Shown here in pieces: positions 24,431 to 35,711 of a stretch of DNA of 64,000 nucleotides. A program made the translations under genes and the position numbers. This DNA is from Amphiscolops sp. MND2022 (taxonomy: Eukaryota): contig OZ076410.1 of NCBI GenBank assembly GCA_964187785.1, positions 54,684,001 to 54,748,000 of the forward strand, given 5' to 3'. Every line of letters starts with the position of its first letter. Within the stretch, counting starts at the first letter, position 1. The notes beneath the pieces were generated by a model. The model worked only from the letters and a program-made list of their open reading frames with translations, made no database searches and was not told where the DNA came from.

Positions 24431-25815
24431 CCATTTGATGCTGTGTTGTCTGATTCACTTCTTTCTCTGTGCCATTTTCTTTCCCAAAAGTAAACAAACA
24501 TTAATTAATTGGGTTAGAAATGGAATGACACAGTGGATAAAAGAAAAAATCAAATCAAATGATGTAGAAGTTCATTATATACAACGGTTCATTGTCCATA
24601 GCCTCCGGCTGCCAGTACTCACTCTCCTCCTGCAAAGTAGTCGGTGTCGTATAAAACTAAAACAGGCCATCTGGTTCGATTGAAGTACAGAATGGAGATA
24701 AACTGACCCTAAGTCCTTTCCGTTCAGTGTACATTCTCTTGAAGGATGATTTTTTGGACTGGGTTGCACTTCCACTTTTTGAGTCGTAGAGGTTGATGGT
24801 GACTGTTCGAGCGGGGTCAAAGCCGGAAACACTCGTATATAACCGCTGAAGTGACTGTTTTCCTCACCGGGGGTCCAAAATTGGAAACCAGCTCGTCGCC
24901 GATTTGTAGGGACGAACTAATGGGAAAAGCGATGTTTTGAGACATTTGTGTTGAAGATGGTTTACGTAAAGATGATCGGAAAGCAAAAGTTGAAATTGAT
25001 TAGCTGTTGATATTGGTATCAGACACGAAGCAAATGGTTTTGGCTCGCGGCCAGACAAGTCCGGCGACGTCGAGCAACAGCTTGTACTTAAACGACCCAG
25101 GCGCTGGTGAGAATTAAACAACAACCCTCTTTCTAGTGGAACTTTTACTGCGTAGCGTGTCTGGGGGGATTGTGTTTCAACAGTTGCGCTTTATTTTACC
25201 TGTTCAAATGAAATTCAACCGCCGAAGGGGCGTGCCAGCTTGCATTTGTCTTGCCGGTTCAAACGAGATTAACCGATGATTCTATGAGGGGGGTCCGTCA
25301 GCTTGCGTCTGTCGTCGAACCCGAATAACCCCCGATTGCTAAATTTCAAAACAAAAAATTCTTTCACCTGCAATATATGAATAAAAATATTTCAGAATGA
25401 AACTCAAATTCAAAAATTTGTAAGGTTGCGCCCGTTGGGGTAATTCAATCAACAATCTCACATGGTCGTTTCAATCTTTTTTTAAGTTTTTTCTTTCTTT
25501 TTCTTCTCTCTTAACTTCTTTTAAAGGGTCCGTTTATTTAAATTAAACCCATTTTTCATGTTGAGACAAATATGAAAGAAGCCCGTTGTTAAGAGGAGCG
25601 CGAGTCGGAAAAATTTGAAGAGGGTGTCGTATACGCTGCAAGCTGCAGATCCTCCTTACAGTGTCACTAACGGTTCTATAAAAGTAAGTATTAAAAACCT
25701 TGATAAGTGGTGGAAAATTGTTATATCATTGCAATATCAAAATGTTAGACATTGCTCGTTGTAGTGAAATCTAGCAAATAAATGCACGTCAGGGTTACCA
25801 TGTGGTGGTTCATCG

Positions 25816-26078
25816 AAAGTAGGCTTTGCCCTACTGAAACACTCCGTTATGTGCCTCCGGGGGTGCTGTTCGCTCAAACGACAACCTGAAATTGTTGATT
25901 CTGCGATAAGTGTAATGGTGGAAGAGGAAAGACTGTCGTTGTGGAAGTTCCACAACGACAGTCTTCCCTCTTCCACTATTACACTTATCACAGAATCAAC
26001 GATTTCAGGTTGTCGTTTGAGCGAACAGCACCGCAGGAGGCACAGAACGAAGTGTTTCAATAGGGCAAAGCCTACTTT
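25816..26078. repeat. 263-bp hairpin (1-nt loop at 25947) duplicating the CRE ORF 3' end
   Basis: AAAGTAGGCTTTGCCCT...GTCGTTGTGGAA-G-TTCCACAACGAC...AGGGCAAAGCCTACTTT. Confidence 0.93.
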
Positions 26079-26710
26079 GTTCTTATGCAGCCCAATACCT
26101 CTGAATAAGTGTCTTCACCCTGTTCGCTCAGTTTGAATGCAAGCCTGCTCATTACCTTAGAGGCAGTCGTTGCGGCTCCACCTGTGGTCGCAAACACGAG
26201 CGGGTTGTAGGAGCTCTTCTCAACTTCGACTATTCGTTGCTCGTACTTCAATCGTTTTTGAGCTTCATGAGGTTTATAGGCTTCCTTGATCGTTCTGGGA
26301 CAAAATTTGACATGAAGATTGAAAATTTTCACCTACAAAAACATACGATTATATCTCGTTTCCCATAGACCGTTTGCTTTCATATCCAAACTGACCTCGT
26401 CTTCAGTGGTCGTTGTTCTGTTTTTGAAGGACTCGTATTCTAGCGGGAGAAGCGGGCGTCCTCTAGCCTTTGTCACAGTGCAGTGCGTGCGCTAGATTGG
26501 AATTTTCTCCACAGGTCATGGTGCTGGGGTATTCTTTGGTTCCCATCCATATCGATTTGCAAGACCGTCGCGAATCTCCATCTTCGTTAATGAGAAATCG
26601 TATCTTTTGATGTGTAAGGCGTTGAGCCATTTGGATGCCCCTTTCTCAGAGAGCTGATGTTCCGTGGCGCATTGTTTCACTTTGTCTATTTTTCCCGTCA
26701 ACATTTTTCT
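25947..26710 (-). pseudogene. CRE-clade non-LTR retrotransposon 3' fragment (restriction-like endonuclease region) inserted in the Polinton
   Basis: KGASKWLNALHIKRYDFSLTKMEIRDGL..RYGWEPKNTP and AYKPHEAQKRLKYEQRIVEVEKSSYNPLVFATTGG...IRTKVGFALL. Confidence 0.85.
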
Positions 26711-26729
26711 TCTGTTATAACGCGCCTAA

Positions 26730-27880
26730 GTTTATGTTGTGAGTTTTCAGCTGTCAAGGTATCGCTGTTATACAGACCATCATCGAGAGATTTTTACCAT
26801 TCTATTGGTCAAATTTGGTTGATTATCATGATTTGTACCTCAAAGCCGATACATTGATTCTAGTGTGTGTTGTTGAGGAATTCCGCACGCTGTGTTATAT
26901 GACTTATGGCTTGGATGGCCCTCATTACTTCACCTACTCGCATTTGTCTGGTGCACTTCCTTGAAAAAAATGCTGTGCAGAGATAGAGCTTCTAACTTTT
27001 CGCTCTCACCTGGAAATGGTGGAAGATATGATAAGGAGCGGTGTTGCGTCAGTATTCGACAAACGATATTTCAAAGTAAACAGCAGATATGTGGCACAGC
27101 ATAAATACAACGACTATAACACCTACGGCATACTCTTGGACGCCAACAATTTATACATGAGTATCATAGAAAACTTTCCATTGCCGTTGAACAGCTTCCA
27201 GACAGTTCCAGATATAAACCTCAATAAGGTATTGAATACACCTAATGAATCGGAAGAAAGGTACATTTTAGAAGTAGACCTCCATTACCATGATAGGCTT
27301 CATGACGGACATGAAGATTTTCCGCTAGCTCCAACAAAAGAAAGATTATTTTATAAAAGTTTGGGAGCGAAGCAGCAAGAACAGTTGACACTTTTGGGCG
27401 AAAACAGACCTTTTAGTTAAAGCAAAAAACTTAGTCACTTTCGAATAAAGAAATACACTGTGCGTTATATAACACTGAAACTATATGTTAGTCTCGCTAT
27501 GGAGGTAACAAAACTTAATCATGCGTTGAAATTTAAGCAATCATATTGGCTGAGGCCCTATATGCAGCTGAACACAGAAAAAAGTAAAGAGTCACGAAAT
27601 AAATTCGAGGATAGCTTCTTCACGTTGATGATCAATTCACACTGATACTCATTCTTTTGCGAAATTAAAATTTTCAGTGAAAATCTTGCATCTATTTCAT
27701 CGCAAAAACGATCAATTTTGTGAAACAAACCAGCAAGTCAGGGCAACTGTTTTGGAATTCGCAAAGCATCACATGTTCAACTTCTACTACAACGTATTGA
27801 AAAAACACCCTGAATTGCTTTGAGCTATATTTCGATACTGACTCCTTGTTATATGAGATCAAACACAGAGACTTCTATGA
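26730..27880 (+). pseudogene. Protein-primed family B DNA polymerase (pPolB) remnant
   Basis: YHDLYLKAD, YGLDGPHYFT, MIRSGVASVFDKR, LLDANNLY, YILEVDLHY...FPLAPTKE, KFKQSYWLRPY, FFTLMINS. Confidence 0.93.
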
Positions 27881-28244
27881 GGTTCAGCGATGAGGGATTA
27901 GAGAACATCATCAAAGGAGCAAAAAAGGCGTATGGAAATTGTGAGCGATGACGAGAGCGAATAAAACTTTAGCTTATATTTTTTGTGCCAATGCTGATAG
28001 CTTCAAACTAATGTGTGCTGTAACCATTGTTTTAATTTGCTTTGTTCTCAAGTACTGGAATAAATTTTCAAGTGGTTTTGAGTGCTTGTTTCGCTCCCAT
28101 TTTTTTGTCCGGCGCGATAACTAATCAAACGCGTAGTAAGCCATAACTTTCACGATTCAATGGAACGTATTACAGATCTGAAACAGTACCGTTCTGTAGG
28201 ACGAAAATGGCTAAAACTCGATTTTGCACGGTTGTTCACTTCAT

Positions 28245-28643
28245 ATATTGGATCTATCTTCCAAAGTACAGTACCATACTATAGACCTGAAGTGGCTATT
28301 ATCCGATGCACATGGCTATAAACGACGTATATTCGATCTATCGTCCAATATGCAATACCGTAAACTAGACCTGATCAGGCTATCACCCGATATACATGGC
28401 TATATAGGACGTATTTTCGATCTATCTATCACTATACTGTACCATAATATAGACTTGAATAGGCTATCATCCTGTATACATGGGTATATAGGACGTATAT
28501 GCGATCTTTCTTTCAATATACAGTACCATACTATAGACCTGAATATTCTATCATCCGATATCCACAGCTGTATAGGCCTTATATTTGACCTATCTTTTAA
28601 AATTCAGTACCATACTATAAACTTGAGTAGGCTATCATCCGAT
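28245..28643. repeat. 84-bp minisatellite, ~5 copies, resuming briefly at ~29148 after the Copia insertion
   Basis: GATCTATC...CAGTACCATACTATAGACCTGA...GGCTATCATCCGATATACATGGCTATATAGGACGTAT repeats every ~84 bp. Confidence 0.9.
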
Positions 28644-29147
28644 TGTTAAACTGAGATCAATGAAAACACTGTTGGTTGAAGGTTGAATTAGAACCCACCG
28701 CCAGACATTACTGTATAAAACAGAAGTCACACATAAATAAGAGTCTACAATCTACCCCCTCCTTAAAGAGAAGAAGGCAGGCGAGAGTTTAACAAGGTTT
28801 CGAGTAATAAATCAGATAATCCACCAGCTTTCGTGAATACGTCAGCTAGCTGATTCTTTGTGTCGGTCCACTTGATAGTCACATCTTCATGAAGAATAGC
28901 ATCCTTGATGTTCATAATGTCCAAGCGTAATCTCTTCTCTGCTACGTCTTTATGAGAAGACAGTGCTACCTTCAAATCATGATTATCAGTAAAGCAAGTA
29001 ATAGAAATGTCCTTTCCCAACACATCGGATAATAAATTTCGAATAAAAATCGCATGATGCAGAGCGTCTCCAAGTGCATGACACTCTGCTGCCAACGTGC
29101 TTCTGACCACGCGCTTCAGCCGTTTAGAGCACCACGTCAACGGAACA
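28644..29147 (-). mobile_element. 5'-truncated Ty1/Copia-type element: RNase H + PPT + ~106-bp 3' LTR
   Basis: WCSKRLKRVVRSTLAAECHAL...FTDN...QLADVFTK (Copia RNase H); minus-strand PPT AAGGAGGGGG; TG...CA-bounded LTR at 28644-28749. Confidence 0.88.
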
Positions 29148-29789
29148 ATGCATGGCTATATAGGACAGTCCTAAACCAAACTATTCAGTTCTATACCACT
29201 CATTCAGTCCATCCCAGTACTATGTTTTTTCAAGCAATATTCAGTAGTTGATAAGTTTATCCCTATGAGTTTCAGAGGTGTTTTGAAGAATGTTCTACTC
29301 ATTCGGCGCCTATATCCTTCCATATTACTACGCACACTGTTTTATTCTATAAAATATGAATTTTCCACACTTGTGTGTTATCGATGAAATTCATTGGTAG
29401 GAGCGTCACAGTACGTGTTTCAGATTATGTTCTAAATGTCCTAGGCCTATATCCTTCCAAATTTCATTGCTTACAACCTGTGCGTCTTTGAAAGTTTTGC
29501 AAGAAAGGTACTAGGGTTCTCTTATTGCCGGGATGGGATCCGCAATTCCACACAAACGATTTCAGCAGGATCCAACATCAGGATGCACTATAAAACCGTT
29601 CTGTTTACTCCAAACACCGTGGGGTTGGTGACTCTCTCACAGACTTACAATTCTCAAGGCTAGCTCTCTATTGATCTCAATTCCTCATTCAAGGAAATCA
29701 AAAAGGCACAAAACGAAATGCGAGAAACATCAATTTCCAGCAACCAATGTATAATGAGAAATAACATGTCTTCATTTTTATTCAGCTTC

Positions 29790-30260
29790 AAAGTTTTCAA
29801 TGTACAGAACAAAAGCATAGCTATTGAGCCCAATACCGCGTTATGAGCTATTTTTCAAAATGCAGTGCTCAATCCCAGCTAGATTGAAAAAACCCCGGGC
29901 CATTGGATGAGCAATTCCAGTACCACAGGGAGCTGGATATGCGCTTGCTCTCAGTTTCCCATTTTTTGCTCTCACAGGCCGTGGAAGAGTATGTTTATTC
30001 CCGGAATTATCTTCTCGATAAAATGACTTTCGGATGCAGATCATTCCTTTTCTCGCATTTGCAATTGCAAGTTTGAAAGTTTTTCCTTCGTTTTTCCCGC
30101 CCGGTACCCCCAAGCCAATTTTTCCACTAACTGCTCTGACAGCGACGTAGTATTTTCCAACAATTTTCAGTTTCCAAATCGTGTTCAGTTCTCTTCATTG
30201 GATTGTCCTTCAAGAGTTCAAGTTTCAGATGTCTTTTCGATGTGCTCTGATGTCGGTTCG
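29790..30260 (-). pseudogene. RPS2: Highly divergent 40S ribosomal protein uS5 (RPS2)-like sequence
   Basis: LKLELLK...YYVAV...GKIGLGV..GK...AIANARKGMICIRKS...GNKHTLP..V...PAPCGTGI...LAGIEHC aligns with RPS2 LKDEVLK...FVAIGD.NGHVGLGVK..K...AIILAK..IVPVRRGYWG...PHTVP.KV...PAPRGTGI...MAGIDDC. One frameshift at ~30155 and an early stop at 29841. Confidence 0.78.
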
Positions 30261-31371
30261 CTGAATTAAAGTCATTTTAGAAGCGCAGAAGTTATATCAG
30301 GAAACGATTGAAACTTTCTCATGAAAAAAATATAGAAGGGAAATTTATTTTATTACGTTTATCAATTGTTGCACTGCATGTTTCATTTTTAGTTCTGGTA
30401 CCATCTTTCGCAGAACCAAAAAAATGCTTATAAAATTGGTCCTTTTGAAGCTACATTCATGTTCTCGTGAAATTTAACATTCAAGAAACTGATTAAAATG
30501 AAGGTTTATCCAATCCTGAATAAAAATCTCTGAATTCAATGAAGGTTTTCGTGAAGACATTATTACCATAAAAGCTGGAGAAATGAGCAGTGATTTCTGA
30601 ATATCCAAAATAAATTATTGCTATTAGAGTAGTATTATTATATTTCTTCTAGAGTAGTATTTGATATTCTGCAAGTTATAAAGTTTTCAATCCGAGGAAA
30701 TTCAAATCAACCAGCTGAACAAAAACTAATCAGAATTAAAGTCTTAGAATGAATTCAAAAAGTTTATGCAACAAATTCGAAATTCCTTTTAAATCATCGC
30801 TTATAATTGGAATTCACGAAGTGAACGCAAATTGATGAGCTTCTCCACTCACTAGCAGGGAACCAGAGCTGTTTACTCACTACTGCTTGATCATGCAAAT
30901 TTCCTGCAAGGTGTTGTGTAGGAAACTTGCGAAAGATGGCGTAATATTTGTTCTACTTTCTGCCAAGAGGTTACGAAGCCAACATTTCCTAGACACTCTT
31001 ACATGTATCATAGTAGTTCCTGAGACCTCGTTTTGAACGAAAGAAATAAGTGTTGTATGGAATAAATGGAATTACTTTTATTTTAACCAGCGAAACAATC
31101 GGTGAAAATGGTTGTGAAAATTCGCTTCAAAATCGCCACCAGTATGAGTCCTAAACGGCTTGCAATTAAATGCATGTAGCACAGTTGGTAAATGTGGCTG
31201 CATGTGATTGATTTTGTATACGATAGACCCTTTTTTGGATTACCGCATTGATTGACACATAGTCGCAACAACTAACCGGAAGCTGCTGTAGGGTGAATGG
31301 CTCTATATTTGAAGTAAATCTATCGATTTCGGTGTTCCAGTGGTTAGCTACTGTGGCTTTCAGTCATGAGG

Positions 31372-31580
31372 TTCTCGGTTCGAGTCGAGTCTACCTTTAA
31401 CTAAATATTTTTTCAAACACCTCCCCCTGTCGGTTTTACTAGACATAAAATTAAACTACTTATAACGCTTTCAAAGTTAAAGTTCGGATGTAACGTTTTC
31501 AAAGTTCGGGTATAACGTTTTCAAAGTTCGGATATAACGTTTTCAAAGTTCGGATGAAACGCTTTCAAAGCTCGGATTTT
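31372..31580. repeat. Repeat module with a tRNA-B-box-like head and GTTCGGATATAACGTTTTCAAA tandem units
   Basis: ~31372-31460 is an inverted copy of ~19103-19200. The ~22-bp units recur at ~19070-19100 and ~53215-53600. Confidence 0.7.
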
Positions 31581-31779
31581 CCCAAAAATTTTTTCTCCAT
31601 ATTTTCTACAAAATTTCACCTAATTTGTTGAGATTTAGATATAGCACCGATTTGGGTCGTTCACGGCTTGTTTTCTTTTCTTTCGTCAGACCACAGACCT
31701 CATCCTGTGTGTACCACTTTTTGTGCACTGTGCTCTTTCACCAAAAGTACTTAGTACTTGATTTTGAACGCATCTAAAG

Positions 31780-32330
31780 CCTCTAACATGGAATACATCC
31801 CCCTTTCCGATTTTTTAATGTCACCAAAGGGTCCCCCTTCACTTTTTGATATTTTGCAGGAAACTGGATTTTCAATTTTCAAAAAGCCCCTTTTAACATT
31901 TCTGGCATTGAGATTTTTCAAAATGATTATTTTTGTCTTAAAATTTGGTTTTCTCAGTGGATCAGCACGCTACATCCGAATTTTGTTTTTCAGGTCGTCG
32001 TTTTTTTGGCACTACGCGACTTTTTTCCCAAATTGTTTCTATCGAAGCCTCATCGACGTTTACCAGAAATGAAACGTTTTGCGGGCATAGAGGACTCCTT
32101 AGGCCTTTCGGCGATTTGCGATTTTTTCCGGAAGAAAAAAACCGATTTTGTCCAAAAAAATTTGTTTCCGGTTGAAGAAAAAATGGTTTCCCAGTCTTAT
32201 CGAGCATGAAAGGCACCCTTTGGGTGTTTTGAATATGTTTTCTGAGTTTTTCATGGAAACGTCCTGGGCATTTTTGAAAAAAACTTTGAGCCTTAGGTAT
32301 AGCGCTTACTTTATGCGTTCTCGTCTTGTT
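31780..32330 (+). mobile_element. Degenerate HINE-like element (3' part)
   Basis: AAAGGGTCCCCCTT internal motifs and a 3' end TTTGAGCCTTAGGTATAGCGC...CGTCTTGTT. Another family 3' end lies at ~31635-31674. Confidence 0.55.
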
Positions 32331-32360
32331 GTTCCATTAATTTAGCTTTATAAATTACAG

Positions 32361-32674
32361 GTTTTTGTGGAAATGAACGAGTTGGTTATGGATGATTTTG
32401 GTCAAATACAGTGGAAGGAAAGAGCACGTTGGATGAAATACGAGGAAGATGTCGAATTGGGAGGAGCCTGGGGAAAACCGCACGTTTCTTCTCTTTCTTT
32501 TCATTCTTTGTTGGAACTAAGAAAACTTCTGGAGCTCGGACTACCTCTATTCGACATCCCTGAAACAACTGTGCCTGGAATTGTACACAGAATTTGTATC
32601 GCCCTTAGAGAAAGAGGAACGTTGAATGAGTACGAGGCTGAGCAAATGGAGAGTACTCTCTTGTTGACACTATC
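32361..32674 (+). CDS. SLC4A: SLC4 (AE2/AE3-like) anion exchanger, Band-3 cytoplasmic domain exon
   Basis: ACAG|VFVEMNELVMDDFGQIQWKERARWMKYEEDVELGGAWGKPHVSSLSFHSLLELRK...|GTTAGT, the canonical SLC4 W-K/E-x-A-R-W..EEDVE..WGKPHV..LSF.SLLELR motif. Confidence 0.96.
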
Positions 32675-33017
32675 GTTAGTATTAGATCAACCAGGTGTTT
32701 TCTGCTAAGAGGTGTTCATTTGCAAATCACCTAAAGAAGCATTGTTCAGAGTTGAAGTTTATGGTTTAAAATTCTAATGTTACAAATAAAGTACACTGCC
32801 TATGAATTCAAGATAAGGGGTGACTAATCCAACAACTAATATCGTTTAAAAAACCCTATTCAAGCTTCATAATTCATCTCTTTAAAGATTGTTTCACCCT
32901 CGCGGTTCCTTTTGGTTAATTTCCGCTGCTAAAAAAGTCCGCTGTTTTAACTGATTTCCGCTGCTAATCTCAATTCGGTGAAAAGTTTTATGCGAGGTCT
33001 GTCAATTTTCCTTGCAG

Positions 33018-33180
33018 GTCAAGAGGGGAACTTCGGAACAAAAAGTTCAGTCTAGGCGCATCTGCTTCAGCCCCGAGCAGACAGAATTCGGTTGGAAACA
33101 ACATGGACACTGTTGATGGGAAAGGAACTACGAGTGGAGACGCACACCTCATCAGAAACTCTCACAAAGAGAGTCACGGA
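33018..33180 (+). CDS. Probable next SLC4 exon (variable loop)
   Basis: TTGCAG|...|GTACG; phase 2 in matches the preceding exon; open frame SRGELRNKKFSLG...SHKESHG. Confidence 0.6.
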
Positions 33181-33513
33181 GTACGTTTCTTGCAATTTCG
33201 TTTTAAATTTCTTAATATAACCCTTGGCTAAAAACTAAGTTTTCACTCAGGAATTAGCCGAACATATTGCTTCGCAAAACGTTTACAAGGCTCTAACCAC
33301 TGGGACACAACAAAAGTTCATATTTTGGAGGGCAACGCTCGATTGACATTCGCTATTCATGTGATCATGAACAACTGACAGATGAAATCCTCGCAATCAT
33401 CAATCTTATAATCAATGCTTCCCTGAAGTTTCCGCACTACCTACAAGAGATGGTGGTCGAAACTTTCGACTCCCAGGTCAAAACTATATTCCAGAAACTT
33501 TGTTCCTGATTTT

Positions 33514-33664
33514 NNNNNNNNNNNNNNNNNNNNNNNNNNNNNNNNNNNNNNNNNNNNNNNNNNNNNNNNNNNNNNNNNNNNNNNNNNNNNNNNNNNNNNN
33601 NNNNNNNNNNNNNNNNNNNNNNNNNNNNNNNNNNNNNNNNNNNNNNNNNNNNNNNNNNNNNNNN
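33514..33664. other. Assembly gap (N run)
   Basis: Run of n. Confidence 1.
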
Positions 33665-33686
33665 CTGCGGTCAATACATACATTTA

Positions 33687-35243
33687 TTAAGGGATGTGCG
33701 GTCCATCCTGGATGTGGGGTCCCCGTTGTGGGGTCAGGCCTTTTTTCGACAACAAAAAACACCTTTACAGTGATGCAAACTGTTTCCAAATGTTGCTCCA
33801 CAGGGTAACTACTCGAAGCTAGCATCAATTGCCGGTCATTAAACCGGTTTTAGTTTTAAAATCACTTCGACCCGATATCCTGTTTTTCGGAGTTCAAGGT
33901 GAAAAAAATTCGTGTCTAACACATACTCGGTCTACAAGATCCGAAGTCTCTGTTTTGTTGTTATTCTTTTTCTTCTCGTTTGTTGTTTTAAAACAGCCTA
34001 AAACCAAAAAAATGATTAGACCACGATACCTGGCTGGCCGGCCTCTCTGATGACTAACATTATATTACAAATACACATTATAATTTATACTTTTGAAGCT
34101 GTCTACATACATATCATACAGGATATCCGGTCAATACATAATTTTATTAGGGGATGTGCGGTCTTTTTTAGATGTGGGGTCACCGGTCGCGTATATGCGA
34201 TTCAAACTTTTGTCTATTTGTAACTCTTCTAAAATATTCGAAATAGTCAAAAAATATTACAAAAAAACAACGTACAAAAAAACAAAAAACATGATTGATT
34301 CATCTTTATTTTGAAATGGCATGTTCTAAATTCTTTTGAGGATTTGAATTTTTAGCTTCTCCACATGCAAGAGACTTCAGGGAAACATTATTTTGGCTTC
34401 GATTTTCGTCCGTGTCTATTTTTCTAGTTTTCTGATTTGGTTTTTGACGTTTAACATGAAATAAATATTAAGGGATGTGCGGTCCATCCTGGATGTGGGG
34501 TCCCCGTTGTGGGGTCAGGCCTTTTTTCGACAACAAAAAACACCTTTACAGTGATGCAAACTGTTTCCAAATGTTGCTCCACAGGGTAACTACTCGAAGC
34601 TAGCATCAATTGCCGGTCATTAAACCGGTTTTAGTTTTAAAATCACTTCGACCCCATATCCTGTTTTTCGGAGTTCAAGGTGAAAAAAATTCGTGTCTAA
34701 CACATACTCGGTCTACAAGATCCGAAGTCTCTGTTTTGTTGTTATTCTTTTTCTTCTTGTTTGTTGTTTTAAAACAGCCTAAAACCAAAAAAATGATTAG
34801 ACCACGATACCTGGCTGGCCGGCCTCTCTGATGACTAACATTATATTACAAATACACATTATAATTTATACTTTTGAAGCTGTCTACATATCATACAGGA
34901 TATCCGGTCAATACATAATTTTATTAGGGGATGTGCGGTCTTTTTTAGATGTGGGGTCACCGGTCGCGTATATGCGATTCAAACTTTTGTCTATTTGTAA
35001 CTCTTCTAAAATATTCGAAATAGTCAAAAAATATTACAAAAAAACAACGTACAAAAAAAACAAAAAACATGATTGATTCATCTTTATTTTGAAATGGCAT
35101 GTTCTAAATTCTTTTGAGGATTTGAATTTTTAGCTTCTCCACATGCAAGAGACTTCAGGGAAACATTATTTTGGCTTCGATTTTCGTCCGTGTCTATTTT
35201 TCTAGTTTTCTGATTGGGTTTTTGACGTTTAACATGAAATAAA
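33687..35243. repeat. Near-identical 781-bp tandem duplication
   Basis: The two copies are offset by 781 bp (e.g. GGATGTGCGGTCC at 33692 and 34473), giving the duplicate ORFs 33829/34610. Confidence 0.92.
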
Positions 35244-35705
35244 AACCGAAAAACAGGATTGATTTATCTTCATTTTGAAATGGGAAGTTCTAAATTCATT
35301 TGGGGATTTGAATGTTTAGCTTGTCCACGTGCATTAGACTTCAGGGAAAATTTATTTTGGCTTCAATTTTTGTCTGGGTTTTTGTTTTTCTATTTTTCTG
35401 ATCGGGTTTTTGTCGTACAACATAAAATAAAACCAGGAAGTCGGATTGATTTATTTTTTTTTATTTTGAAATGGGATGTTCTAAATTCATTTGGGGATTT
35501 GAAATTTTAGCTTGTCCACATGCAAGAGACTTCAGGGAAACTTTATTTTGGCTTCGATTTTTGTCCGTGTTTGTTTTTCTATTTTTCTGATCGGGTTTTT
35601 GACGTACAACATAAAATATAACCTAGAAATCGGGCTGATTTATCTTTATTTTGGAATGGCATGTTCTAAATTCATTTGAGGATTTAAATATTTAGCTTCA
35701 AATAT
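35080..35705. repeat. ~185-193 bp tandem satellite (one more unit at ~34300)
   Basis: TTTATTTTGAAATGG(C/G)A..TTCTAAATTC recurs at ~34305, 35085, 35270, 35462 and 35647. Confidence 0.85.
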
Positions 35706-35711
35706 TATATT

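Larger units (their letters stand above)
21040..28150 (+). mobile_element. Decayed Polinton/Maverick (adintovirus-like) endogenous virus core
   Basis: Co-oriented remnants of integrase, minor capsid, core-like protein, major capsid, adenain protease and protein-primed PolB. All are disrupted; TIRs and the packaging ATPase were not found. Confidence 0.9.

Noticed and set aside
28224-28649. Leucine-rich-repeat protein
   Set aside because: The 28-aa periodicity comes from an 84-bp satellite, and the LxxLxLxxN consensus is not met.
29790-30260. Bacterial rpsE or mitochondrial MRPS5 origin for the uS5-like sequence
   Set aside because: The insert before HT.P and the GLGV and AGI..C motifs fit cytosolic eukaryotic RPS2 better; a phylogeny is still needed to settle it.
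31325-31400. tRNA gene (also 12900-12965)
   Set aside because: A/B-box-like motifs (TGGTTAGC, GGTTCGA) are present but I could not fold a complete cloverleaf with an acceptor stem; probably tRNA-derived repeat heads.
33251-33400. Further SLC4 exon after CTCAG at 33250
   Set aside because: The phase-0 frame stops after ~31 codons, there is no convincing donor and no SLC4 motif; left unannotated.
33441-33828. ORFs spanning N runs (also 35646-36137)
   Set aside because: Artefacts of translating assembly gaps.
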